Shown here: one piece after another, positions 27,571 to 36,926 of the stretch
Position numbering within the stretch: position 1 is the first letter of the stretch
Layout of the letters: each line of letters starts with the position of its first letter
Assembly: GCA_963590525.1 (NCBI GenBank)
Contig: CAVAPV010000001.1
Location: 45,680-109,679 of the forward strand
Reading direction: 5' to 3'
From: Agathobacter rectalis
Lineage (GTDB): Bacteria > Actinomycetota > Coriobacteriia > Coriobacteriales > QAMH01
Length of the DNA stretch: 64,000 nt
The notes under the pieces: generated by a model
Seen by the model: only the letters and a program-made list of their open reading frames with translations
What the model was told of the DNA's origin: nothing
The model's database searches: none
Made by a program: the position numbers and the translations under genes

Positions 27571-29421
27571 ATGATGGCAGATGTGTCAAACGAGAATACC
27601 AAGCGTAAAAACCAGGACGAATCGCTCGAAGAGCAGCTGATGGTTTTCAACACGCTTGCTCGTCATTTTAAAAACGTCTATTGGGTGGACCTGGAAAAGA
27701 AGACGGCAAAGATCCTCAAGCTGGATGCAGAATACGTGGATGTTCCAGGTAAAAAAGACCATCGAGAGTTCCCGTTTGAGGCTGTGATCGAGCAGTGGGT
27801 CAACACCGTTGTATGTCCGCAAGACAGAGAAAAAGTCAGCAAGGCAATTACGGCAGAAAACATAAAGAAGGTTTTCGAGACCCAAGATGAGCTCGTCGGA
27901 AACTACCGCAGCCTTGTAAACGGAGAGATCTATCATTACCAATATAGCTTTGGAAAGGCAGACGAGGCCGGCACAAAGGCTGTGGCGGGCTTTCAAAACA
28001 TCGATGACATCATCAACGAGCATCAGCAAGCCGAAAAAGCCAGAAGAGAAAAAGAAGCTGTCCATCAAAAAGAAGTCGAAGAGCAGCTTGCGATCATCAA
28101 CGCCTTGTCCCAGGGCTTTAGAAACGTGTTTGTCGCCAATTTAAAAGAGGGGACGGCGCGAGCCATACGACTTGCCGATAGCTACAACGTCAAAGCGGTC
28201 AGAGACGCTGCCGGCCATACTTTTGAGTTTGACGCCGTTGTCGATCGATGGGTGCGCGAGACTGTTCATCCAGATGACAAAGAACGGATAAAAGCGACGC
28301 TCAATGTAGAGAATATCAGGCAGGTGTTCTCAACGCAGGATAAGTACGTGGGCGTATACCGCAACATAGAAGACGGCGTGCAACATTACTACCAGTACGA
28401 CTTTAGAAGAGTCGGCGATACGGATATCGTTGTAGTTGGATTCCAGATTGTAGATTCGATTATCGAAGAGCAAGAGAGAATCAAAAAGAGAGAGCGTTCG
28501 CTTGAGGAAGCGCGCCTTAAAGAGGAGAGGGAGCATGCAGAGGTCGTTAATTCCCTGTCTGCTATCTACTCCACGATCTTTAGGGCAGATATCGTTACCC
28601 ACGAGTACGAGGTGCTGACAAGCGTGCCGCTTATGACACAAGTCGCCTCGCGCAAGGGCAATTTCGACGATGTAAAGGACGTGATCATAGAGTCCTTTAT
28701 GGAGCCGGAGTTCAGGCAGCCCATGCGCGAGTTCTTGGACGTGGATACGCTTGCGCATAGATTTGAAAAAGTAAACACCGTAGCGACCGATTACAAGGCG
28801 CCTACGGGGCAGTGGATGCAGGCTCGTTTCATCGTCAAGCGCAGAGACGCCAACGGCAAAGCGGTAGAGGCCCTCTACGTTGCCCGCGATATCACAGAAG
28901 AGAAACTCATGAGGCGCCAGGCTGAGTATGACTCGATGACCGGCGTGCTCAACCGCGGAGCCTTTGATCAGATCGTGAATCTGATGGAAAAGGACAAGCG
29001 AGACTTTGCGCTGGTCTTGGTGGACGTGGATAACTTCAAGAACGTCAACGACACTTACGGGCATGCGGCAGGCGACAGTGTTTTGAAACGGGTGTCAAAG
29101 TTTTTGGTCGAGGGTTTTCGCTCGATCGACCGCGTCTATCGAATCGGCGGAGACGAGTTTGCCGTCGTCATGATGGATGTGACAAGCAAGCATGCCTATA
29201 CGATCGGCAAGAAGATAGGCACAATCAACAGCCAGCTGGCTACGCGCGAGGGGGATGCCCCGGCGGTTTCTTTGAGCGCGGGAGCCGCGTTTATGGATCG
29301 CGAGAACCCGGGAGAAAGCCTGTTTAAAGACGCCGATCTTGCTTTGTACTACGTCAAAGAACATGGCCGTAACGGATGCCATGTCTATTCGGCCATCGAT
29401 GCAATCGCGGCCAAGCGATAA
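27571..29421 (+). CDS. diguanylate cyclase (GGDEF) with N-terminal PAS-like modules paralogous to the adjacent kinase
   Basis: ORF 27499..29421; ATGATG at 27571 follows AAGGCGAAGG. DVDNFKNVNDTYGHAAGD, RIGGDEFAVV. Confidence 0.88.
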   Translation: MMADVSNENTKRKNQDESLEEQLMVFNTLARHFKNVYWVDLEKKTAKILKLDAEYVDVPGKKDHREFPFEAVIEQWVNTVVCPQDREKVSKAITAENIKKVFETQDELVGNYRSLVNGEIYHYQYSFGKADEAGTKAVAGFQNIDDIINEHQQAEKARREKEAVHQKEVEEQLAIINALSQGFRNVFVANLKEGTARAIRLADSYNVKAVRDAAGHTFEFDAVVDRWVRETVHPDDKERIKATLNVENIRQVFSTQDKYVGVYRNIEDGVQHYYQYDFRRVGDTDIVVVGFQIVDSIIEEQERIKKRERSLEEARLKEEREHAEVVNSLSAIYSTIFRADIVTHEYEVLTSVPLMTQVASRKGNFDDVKDVIIESFMEPEFRQPMREFLDVDTLAHRFEKVNTVATDYKAPTGQWMQARFIVKRRDANGKAVEALYVARDITEEKLMRRQAEYDSMTGVLNRGAFDQIVNLMEKDKRDFALVLVDVDNFKNVNDTYGHAAGDSVLKRVSKFLVEGFRSIDRVYRIGGDEFAVVMMDVTSKHAYTIGKKIGTINSQLATREGDAPAVSLSAGAAFMDRENPGESLFKDADLALYYVKEHGRNGCHVYSAIDAIAAKR

Positions 29422-29588
29422 AAGCCCGGGCGAGGTTGCCTGTTGCCAATAGGTAGCTTTTGACAGCGTTTTTTGCTCGAAAAGCACGCGCTTTAGGGGC
29501 GGTTGCTTTGGCTGGGTTGGAGTGGTGTTGCCTGCATCGTGTGCTGCATGACAAACCACATGCTGCAAGCTTGAGGAAAAGAAACCTC

Positions 29589-29617
29589 TTCACAGAAGCG
29601 TTTTAGGGTGTTAGAAT
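29589..29617 (+). promoter_or_regulatory. putative sigma-70-type promoter of rpmF
   Basis: TTCACA, 17-nt spacer, TAGAAT (with upstream TGT), about 70 nt upstream of the rpmF ATG. Confidence 0.45.
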
Positions 29618-29684
29618 ACCAATTCGCGTATTTAGTATTTACGGCTTCCTCACACGGAGGGCCGTGTAGGAAAGGTATTGGATC

Positions 29685-29864
29685 ATGGCTGTACCCAAAA
29701 GAAAAACCGGCCGAGCAGTCACTCATGCTCGCCGCTCCGCTAACGACCGCTGCGCGACTCCCGCTCGCTCCGTCTGCCCTCAGTGCGGCGAGGTCAAGCT
29801 TCCCCATCGCGTTTGCCCCAGCTGCGGTTACTACAAGGACCGCGAGGTCCTCGAGGTCGAGTAA
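29685..29864 (+). CDS. rpmF: 50S ribosomal protein L32
   Basis: Not in the ORF track (59 aa). Translates to MAVPKRKTGRAVTHARRSANDRCATPARSVCPQCGEVKLPHRVCPSCGYYKDREVLEVE. Conserved MAVPKRK start and CxxC...CxxC. Confidence 0.95.
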   Translation: MAVPKRKTGRAVTHARRSANDRCATPARSVCPQCGEVKLPHRVCPSCGYYKDREVLEVE

Positions 29865-29893
29865 ACCTCAAAACCCATCGCATTTTGCAAATG

Positions 29894-29920
29894 AAGCCAG
29901 CCTTATCGGGCTGGCTTTTT
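29894..29920 (+). terminator. rho-independent terminator after rpmF
   Basis: GCCAGCC-TTATCG-GGCTGGC followed by TTTTT. Confidence 0.7.
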
Positions 29921-30084
29921 GCATATGCGGCGCTTGTTTTGCACAGAGCTGTTGCGCGCTGTAGCGGCAGGCTGTCTTAGCGGTTATTCTGTTTGGACGT
30001 ATAGGCACCATCGCATAAGCTTGGGCAGGCCCAGCGGGCATACGCAAGCGTGTGCGATCAACAGAGAGGAGACCGTCAGTGGAG

Positions 30085-31071
30085 ATGGTCAAGCTTGTCG
30101 TTGACGCATTGGGTGGAGACGATGCCCCAGGCGTCGTGCTAGAGGGCGTAGAGATGGCGCTTGCGCAGGCGCAAGACATCCACGTCATCCTCACCGGCCC
30201 GGCAGAGGTCGTCGAGCCGTTTGCCGCTGCGCACGAGCGTTGCGAGGCTCATGCCACCACAGAGTCCATAGATATGGGCGAGCACCCGGCTATGGCAGTG
30301 CGCAAAAAGAAGGATTCGAGCATCGTCGTAGGCTGCCGTCTGGTCAAAGAGGGAGAGGCTGCCGGTTTCTTTAGCGCGGGAAGCACCGGTGCGTGCATGG
30401 CGGCGGCAACGCTGGTCATGGGCCGCATCAAGGGTGTGAAGCGCCCCTGCATTGCAAGCGTTGTCCCAAGCCCCGTGGTCAAGTGCGTTTTGGGCGATAT
30501 GGGCGCTAACGCAGACTGTCGTCCCGAGTACCTGCTGCAGTTTGCCAAGATGTGCCGCGTTTACTCCAAGGAGACGCTGGGTGTGGCCAATCCTACGGTT
30601 GGCTTGCTCAACATCGGCGAGGAGGAGACCAAGGGCTCCGAGTTTGCCCAAGAGGTGCATCAGCTCCTCAAAGAGCAGTGCCCTGGGTTCATCGGCAACG
30701 CAGAGGGCAAAAATATCGCCTTGGGCGGCTTTGACGTCATCGTGACCGATGGCTTTACCGGCAACGTGGCGCTCAAGACCTTCGAAGGCGTTGGCAAGGC
30801 GCTTTTGGGTTCTCTCAAAGAGGCGCTCATGTCCTCTACCAAAAGCAAGCTGGGCGCCCTGCTTATCAAAGACGCGCTCAAAGACCTGATGAAGAAGGTC
30901 GACGCCGATCAATACGGCGGAGCGCAGCTTTTGGGCGTCAAGGGCGTGTGCCTCATCGGGCATGGTAGCTCTAACGCCAAGGCCATTTGCAGTGGCGTCC
31001 TTGCCACGGCCCAGGCCATCAGGCAGGACATGCCTGCCAAGCTGGCGGCGGCGATCGGGGAGGGCGAGTAA
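30085..31071 (+). CDS. plsX: phosphate acyltransferase PlsX
   Basis: ORF 30052..31071; start ambiguous (GTG 30079 or ATG 30085). VDALGGDDAP, GNAEG, TDGFTGNVALK, LLGVKGVCLIGHGSS. Confidence 0.9.
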   Translation: MVKLVVDALGGDDAPGVVLEGVEMALAQAQDIHVILTGPAEVVEPFAAAHERCEAHATTESIDMGEHPAMAVRKKKDSSIVVGCRLVKEGEAAGFFSAGSTGACMAAATLVMGRIKGVKRPCIASVVPSPVVKCVLGDMGANADCRPEYLLQFAKMCRVYSKETLGVANPTVGLLNIGEEETKGSEFAQEVHQLLKEQCPGFIGNAEGKNIALGGFDVIVTDGFTGNVALKTFEGVGKALLGSLKEALMSSTKSKLGALLIKDALKDLMKKVDADQYGGAQLLGVKGVCLIGHGSSNAKAICSGVLATAQAIRQDMPAKLAAAIGEGE

Positions 31072-31817
31072 TGGCGCGCAGACCAAGCAAGCTTGTAGAG
31101 AAGCTGGATATCCCCCCGATCGAAGAAAGCCATATCGCAAACCTCGAGCGCGCCGAGCAGATCATCGGCCGCCCCTTTGCCAACCGCGGTTTGCTGCAGG
31201 TTGCCCTCACGCATCCCAGTTATGGCAAGCATACCAAGGTCTCCAACAACTACGAGCGCCTCGAGTTTCTGGGTGACAGCATCTTGGGATTTATCATCGC
31301 CGAGGAGACCTTTGGGCGTTTTCCGGATCTTGAAGAAGGCGGGCTCACGCGCATCAAGGTGAGTTTGGTCTCTGGTGCGAGCTTGTCTAAAGTCTGCGGA
31401 GACGAGGGCTTGGGCGAGTGCATCATCTTTGGCGACAGCGAGGCCGGCACCAAGGGGCGCGGGCTGCATAGCGCGCTTGAGAACGTCTACGAGGCGATTG
31501 TCGCGGCCCTGTATCTGGACGGCGGCATAGAGGCTGCTCGCGATTGGGTCCTGCGCACGTTGGGGCCGCATATCAGCCGCGATATCGCCACCGAGCCCGA
31601 AAGCCCCAAAAGCTCGCTTCAGGAGTATCTGCAGGCGCGTCGCAAGAAGCCCTACTACAAGATCACCGGCATCGATGGCCCGCCGCATGACCGCGTCTTC
31701 CAGGCGCAGGTGTACTGCGACGACGACGTTTTGGGTACAGGAGAAGGCCACAGCAAGAAGGCCGCCGAGGCCGCAGCTGCCGCAGAGGCGCTCAAGGCGC
31801 TGGGCGCGGTCAAGTAG
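31071..31817 (+). CDS. rnc: ribonuclease III
   Basis: TAATG overlap with plsX. ERLEFLGDSILG signature and a C-terminal dsRBD (GEGHSKKAAEAAAA). Confidence 0.92.
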   Translation: MARRPSKLVEKLDIPPIEESHIANLERAEQIIGRPFANRGLLQVALTHPSYGKHTKVSNNYERLEFLGDSILGFIIAEETFGRFPDLEEGGLTRIKVSLVSGASLSKVCGDEGLGECIIFGDSEAGTKGRGLHSALENVYEAIVAALYLDGGIEAARDWVLRTLGPHISRDIATEPESPKSSLQEYLQARRKKPYYKITGIDGPPHDRVFQAQVYCDDDVLGTGEGHSKKAAEAAAAAEALKALGAVK

Positions 31818-31945
31818 CGCTTTCTCGTTTGCATGCAGCGTTTGCTGCGCCCCTGTCACCGCCGATGCCGCGCTGTAAGCGGGGGTGCATGCGCTGCGTG
31901 CTAAAATCGACCAGTTACGCCTGATTGCGAGTAAAAAGGATCCGC

Positions 31946-34900
31946 GTGTATCTCAAGTCACTAGTTCTCAAGGGCTTCAAATCCTTTGCCGACCGTGCCG
32001 TGCTCAAGCTTGAGCCGGGCATGACCGTCGTCGTGGGTCCCAACGGCAGTGGCAAGTCCAATGTGAGCGACGCGGTCTTGTGGGTGCTGGGAGAGCAAAG
32101 CGCCAAGCACTTGCGCGGTCAGGCGATGGAAGACGTCATCTTTGCCGGCAGCTCAGCGCGACAGGCGGTTAGTCTGGCCGAGGTCGACCTTGTCTTAGAC
32201 AACACAGACGGCACGCTGCCGCTTGACTTTACCGAGGTCGTCATCACGCGCCGTATGTATCGCAGCGGCGATAGCGAATACCTCATCAACGGAAGCCCCA
32301 GCCGGCTCATGGACGTGCTGGACATCCTCAACGACTCCGGCTTGGGCCGCGACACGCACTCGATCATCTCGCAAGGCTCGCTGCAGTCCATGCTCCAGGC
32401 CCGCCCAGAAGACCGCCGCGTGCTTATCGAGGAGGCCGCCGGTATCCTCAAGCACAAGAAGCGCAAGGAGCGCGCCGGACGCAAGCTCAAGAACATGGAC
32501 GCCGAGCTTGCGCGCGTGGGTGATATCGCGGCAGAGATCGACCGCCAGCTCAAGCCGCTCGAGCGCCAGGCAAGCCGCGCCAAGCAGTACGAGCAGCTCA
32601 CCGGAGAGCTCAAAGAGATAGAGCTCACGCTGGCAGTGGACGACTTGCGTCAGCTGCAAGGGGAGTGGAATGCTGTCGAGAAGCGCGAGCGCGAGGCGGA
32701 TGCGGCGGTTGAGCTCGTGCGCTTTAGGCTGGAAGAAAAGCAGCGCGAGCTTGAGAAGCTTCAGCGCCTGCTAGAGGAGAAGGGCCTTTTTGCAGGCGAC
32801 TTGGCCGAGCAGCGCCGTCGCTGCCAAGTGGTTTTGTCGCAGCTCGACTCCGGCATGCTCTTGCTGGAGGAAAAGGGCCATAACATGGTGACCCGCTTGT
32901 CAGAGCTGCGCCAAAGCATCCATCAAAACGAGAAGCGCTTGGCAGAAAACCGCGAGCAGCTGGATAAGTCCAGTGTAGAGCAGGTGGAGGCAGCCGCGTC
33001 TTTGGAGACGGTCCAAGGCCAGGTTGCCCAGGTGCGCGAGGCCATGGAGCTCACGCGCAAAGAACGCAAAGATCTTGACGTGCAGATCGGCAAGCTCAAC
33101 GGGTCTGTTCGCCATAACTCCAAGCAGCTCGACGAGGCAACGCTTGCCATCCTCAAGGCAACAGAGTCCCTGTCTACTGCCGACGTCGAAGAAGACCTCT
33201 TGGCGCGTCGCGCCACGCAGATAGAGGATTCGCTTGCTGCAACCAAGACCACGCTTGCCGCACGTCGCGGGCGCATAGAAGAGCTCGACGAGCAGCTTGC
33301 CAAGCTGCAGCAGGATTCTGCGCTGGCAAAAAGTGACATCGACAAGCGCGTGCGCTTGCTAGACGACGCCCAAAAGCAGGCGGCTGCCAAGCGCGAGGAG
33401 CTCTCCGGCCTGGCTGCCGAGCTCAAGGGCCTGGTGGAGGTTGACCGCGCCTTTGATGCGGCAAGCCCGCTTCTAAACTGGGTCACGCAAAGCAAAGAGG
33501 ATATCGACGGCATCGTCGCGCCGCTGTCAGAGCTTTTGAGCGCGCCGTCTGATTTGGAGGCTTTGGTCGAGCTCCTTTTGGGAGAAGACCTCTTTGGCCT
33601 GGCTACTCAAGATGCGCCTGCTGCCCAAGGGCTCATAGAGCGCATCATCGCCAACGATGTTAACGGCGGCGAGCTTTCTGTTGTGCCGGTGCAGGGCAAG
33701 GCGCGCAAACATACCGCCGCGGCAACGGGCGAGCGCTTGCTCGACAAGCTGAGTTTTGACGAGGCCCACGCTCACGTGGCAGATGCCTTGCTGGGCGATG
33801 TCTACTTGGTGGACAGCATGGCAGATGCGCTTGAGGCCGCGCAGGCGGATACGACCTTGTCGCGTTTTGTGACGCGCGACGGCGTGGTTGTGTGGCCCTC
33901 TGGCAAGATCACCTACGGCCAGCGCACGGCAGATGCCCAGGGCGTCTTGGCTCGCAAACGTCGCATAGCTGCGATCAAGGATGCGCAGCCCGGCGCGCAA
34001 GAGACTTTTGAGGCGGCTCAGGCTGCCGTTGCAGCTGCTCAAGAGCGCCTGCAGGTTGCCCAAGCGGATGACTTCGAGCTCTCGCAGTCTATCGCCCAGC
34101 TCTCTGGCGAGCGCGATTCTGCCTTAGAGGAGGCAGGACGCCTGGAGTCAAGCATCACCGGGCTTATGCAAGAGAAGACAGAGATCGGCCAGCGCCGCGA
34201 GAAGGTTGCGGCAGATACCAAGGCCACGCGCGAGCGCGTCGCCAAGCTCGAGCAGGACAAAGAGCGGCTTGCCGCCAAGAAAGACGAGCTCGAAGAAGAA
34301 CTCGCCAAGGTCAAGGAGTCGCGCCGCAGGCTCTTTGAGGACGAGACCGTGTCTTCAAACCGCATCCAGCAGCTGCAAGTCGAGCTTGCCACGGTCAAAG
34401 AGCGCGAGCGTCACCTGCGCACGACGGTCGAGGGTGCGCGCCGCAGCATCACCCAGCTTGAGGAGTCCTTGGAGGTCTCGCGTCAGACGGAGCGCAGCCT
34501 TGAGCTCCTGCGTCAACGCGTCCAACCCCTCCACAGCACTTTGAGCGCCCTGCGCGAATGCGTGACAGAGAAGGCCGAGGTCCTGCGCGATCGCGCCCAG
34601 CTCGAGCAAACGGGCCAGGGAGACCTGCGCAACACAATCGAGGGTGTGCGCAAAGCCGTGGCCGAGCGCCAAAAAGAGGTCGATGAGGCCAGCGAGGGCC
34701 TGGTGCAGACGCGCATCGAGAAGTCCAAGCTCGAGGTACGCGTAGAGCAAGCCATCAAGGCCATCACGCAAGACAACGGCGTGCTCTTGGAGATCGCGCT
34801 CGAGCTTGACGCTCCGCAAGACCGCCCAGAGATGGAACAGCAGCGCGACCGCTTGCAGCGCCGCATCAAGAACCTGGGTACCGTCAACCCCGTTGCTGTG

Positions 34901-35524
34901 GACGAGTACCGCAAGCTCAAGGAGCGCAGGGATTTCATCGCCATCCAAGTGGACGACCTCAAAAGCGCAGCCAAGGCTCTGGAGCACATCGTCGCTGCCA
35001 TCGACCGCAAGATGCGCAACCGCTTTATGGAGACCTTCAACCAGGTCAACGCCAATTTTGACGAGATATTTGCCAAGCTTTTCCCAGGCGGGCAAGGGCA
35101 CTTGGAGCTCACCGACCCAGACAGCCCCGAGACCACGGGTGTCGAGGTTCATGCGCAGCCGCGCGGCAAGACGGTGCGCAAGCAGAGCCTGCTCTCTGGC
35201 GGCGAGCAAAGCCTGGTGAGCTTGGCGCTTATGTTTGCCGTTTACCGCGTTCGCAGCACGCCCTTCTACATCCTCGACGAGGTTGAGGCCGCGCTCGACG
35301 ACACCAACCTGCGCCGCTTGCTGTCGTATCTGGACAGCATCCGCGACACGACGCAGGTGATTATGATCAGCCATCAGCGCCGCACGATGGAGATGGCCGA
35401 CCTGCTCTACGGCGTGTCCATGCGCAGCGACGGCGTCTCAAAGCTGGTGAGCCAAAAGCTCGACCAGGCAATACGCAGCGTTTCGGGCACCAAGGATGTG
35501 GATTCTTTTACCGGAGCAAAGTAG
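31946..35524 (+). CDS. smc: chromosome partition protein SMC
   Basis: ORF 31925..35524; the GTG at 31946 gives YLKSLVLKGFKSF. Walker A GPNGSGKSN, long coiled coils, hinge, signature LSGGEQSL, Walker B FYILDEVEAALD. Confidence 0.93.
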   Translation: MYLKSLVLKGFKSFADRAVLKLEPGMTVVVGPNGSGKSNVSDAVLWVLGEQSAKHLRGQAMEDVIFAGSSARQAVSLAEVDLVLDNTDGTLPLDFTEVVITRRMYRSGDSEYLINGSPSRLMDVLDILNDSGLGRDTHSIISQGSLQSMLQARPEDRRVLIEEAAGILKHKKRKERAGRKLKNMDAELARVGDIAAEIDRQLKPLERQASRAKQYEQLTGELKEIELTLAVDDLRQLQGEWNAVEKREREADAAVELVRFRLEEKQRELEKLQRLLEEKGLFAGDLAEQRRRCQVVLSQLDSGMLLLEEKGHNMVTRLSELRQSIHQNEKRLAENREQLDKSSVEQVEAAASLETVQGQVAQVREAMELTRKERKDLDVQIGKLNGSVRHNSKQLDEATLAILKATESLSTADVEEDLLARRATQIEDSLAATKTTLAARRGRIEELDEQLAKLQQDSALAKSDIDKRVRLLDDAQKQAAAKREELSGLAAELKGLVEVDRAFDAASPLLNWVTQSKEDIDGIVAPLSELLSAPSDLEALVELLLGEDLFGLATQDAPAAQGLIERIIANDVNGGELSVVPVQGKARKHTAAATGERLLDKLSFDEAHAHVADALLGDVYLVDSMADALEAAQADTTLSRFVTRDGVVVWPSGKITYGQRTADAQGVLARKRRIAAIKDAQPGAQETFEAAQAAVAAAQERLQVAQADDFELSQSIAQLSGERDSALEEAGRLESSITGLMQEKTEIGQRREKVAADTKATRERVAKLEQDKERLAAKKDELEEELAKVKESRRRLFEDETVSSNRIQQLQVELATVKERERHLRTTVEGARRSITQLEESLEVSRQTERSLELLRQRVQPLHSTLSALRECVTEKAEVLRDRAQLEQTGQGDLRNTIEGVRKAVAERQKEVDEASEGLVQTRIEKSKLEVRVEQAIKAITQDNGVLLEIALELDAPQDRPEMEQQRDRLQRRIKNLGTVNPVAVDEYRKLKERRDFIAIQVDDLKSAAKALEHIVAAIDRKMRNRFMETFNQVNANFDEIFAKLFPGGQGHLELTDPDSPETTGVEVHAQPRGKTVRKQSLLSGGEQSLVSLALMFAVYRVRSTPFYILDEVEAALDDTNLRRLLSYLDSIRDTTQVIMISHQRRTMEMADLLYGVSMRSDGVSKLVSQKLDQAIRSVSGTKDVDSFTGAK

Positions 35525-35564
35525 GAAGCAGAAATTTTTACCGCAAAGGGAGGTGCGTTAAGCG

Positions 35565-36842
35565 ATGGGACTTCGCGAACGCCTCGCTAAAGCCAGGCGC
35601 AGCCTGACAGAGAACATGAACGTCCTCTTTAAGAGGGGCCCTCAAGTCGACGAGGGCTTTTGGGAGGACTTGGAAGAGACGCTGATCTTGTCGGATCTGG
35701 GCGCTCAAGCCGCCGACGAGATCGTCGAGCGTTTGCGCGACACCGCCACGCGCAACGCTTTGCCGGATGCTTACGCCGTGCTCGATTTGCTGGCAGACAC
35801 CATTGAGGATCTTTTTGCTGTGCCCGAGTGCGACCCGTTTGGCATAAAGCCCGTGTGTGTTTTGTTTGTTGGCATCAACGGCGCAGGCAAGACTACGACG
35901 GTGGGCAAGCTCGCCAACCAGGGTCTTGCATCTGGACGCAAGCCGCTTATCGGCAGTGCAGACACGTTTCGCGCGGCTGCGATCGAGCAGCTCGATGAGT
36001 GGGGTCGCCGCAGCGGGGTGGAGGTCGTCAAACGCGAGCGCGGGGCAGACCCGGCAAGCGTTTGCTACGACGTTATCGACCGCGCCGAGGCTGCTGGCAG
36101 CGACCTCGTTTTGATCGACACCTCTGGCCGTCTGCATACCAGCGCAGACCTCATGCGCGAGCTTGAGAAGGTCGTGACGGTCACGCGCAAACGCGCTGCC
36201 ATGGAGGTCAAGGTTGTACTCGTCATAGACGCGACGACCGGGCAAAACGGCTTGCAGCAGGCGCGCGAGTTCAACAAGGCGCTGGGTCTTGACGGCGTGA
36301 TCATGACCAAGCTGGATGGCACCGCTAAGGGCGGTATCGCCGTTGCGGTTAGCCATGAGCTGGGGCTTCCCATCTTGCGCATGGGCGTGGGCGAGGGCAT
36401 AGAGGATCTGCAACCCTTTGATGCGCATGCGTATGCCGAGGCGCTCTTTGGCGAGATGCGCGACGATGAGCCCGCTGCTGGTGCTGATGATGAGGCGGCC
36501 GATGAGGCATGCGACGGTGAGCCCGCTGTTGCAGATGAGCCTGTCGAGACTGAAGCCGACTTTGAGGCTGCGGTTGAGGTTGAGGTTGAGGCGGTTGATG
36601 TCGAGGCTGAGGAACCGACGCTTGAAACTGAACCCGTGCCTGCAGCAGAGCCCGAACCTGAGGTCGTGGTAGAGCCCGAGAGCGAGGCCGAGGTCGCAGT
36701 TGAGCCTGAACCCGAAGCTGAGACAGCGTCTGACGCAGAGTTTGAGGCAGAGCCAGAGCCTGAAGATGCGGCAGAACCTGAACCCGAGCCCGAGCCTGAG
36801 CCTGAGCAGCCCAAGAAGAAGTGGTGGCAAAAGCTCTTCTAG
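35565..36842 (+). CDS. ftsY: signal-recognition-particle receptor FtsY with a C-terminal acidic E/P/A-rich tail
   Basis: NG domain at the N-terminus (GINGAGKTTTVGKLA, DTFRAAA, DTSGRLH, TKLDGTAKGG). A 129-aa acidic tail (36453..36839) ends in KKKWWQKLF. Confidence 0.9.
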   Translation: MGLRERLAKARRSLTENMNVLFKRGPQVDEGFWEDLEETLILSDLGAQAADEIVERLRDTATRNALPDAYAVLDLLADTIEDLFAVPECDPFGIKPVCVLFVGINGAGKTTTVGKLANQGLASGRKPLIGSADTFRAAAIEQLDEWGRRSGVEVVKRERGADPASVCYDVIDRAEAAGSDLVLIDTSGRLHTSADLMRELEKVVTVTRKRAAMEVKVVLVIDATTGQNGLQQAREFNKALGLDGVIMTKLDGTAKGGIAVAVSHELGLPILRMGVGEGIEDLQPFDAHAYAEALFGEMRDDEPAAGADDEAADEACDGEPAVADEPVETEADFEAAVEVEVEAVDVEAEEPTLETEPVPAAEPEPEVVVEPESEAEVAVEPEPEAETASDAEFEAEPEPEDAAEPEPEPEPEPEQPKKKWWQKLF

Positions 36843-36926
36843 CCTCGACGCCGCAATCACGCGGCCAAAGGCACCCGTGGTACCTTGTCTGCTTAGGTAA
36901 TTTGATTATTCACAGAGGTAAGACCA

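Noticed and set aside
21976-29421. The AT-richer segment, considered as a prophage, ICE or defence island
   Set aside because: No integrase, recombinase, transposase, phage structural genes, flanking tRNA or direct repeats were seen. A lone DUF4143 AAA ATPase is not a recognised defence system. It is kept only as a compositional and synteny observation.
36453-36842. Short periodic GAGCCY/GAACCT repeats (and CAA/CAG repeats at 4609..4644), considered as CRISPR or tandem-repeat loci
   Set aside because: The repeats are in-frame codon repeats (EP and poly-Q) inside well-supported CDS. There is no repeat-spacer architecture anywhere in the window.
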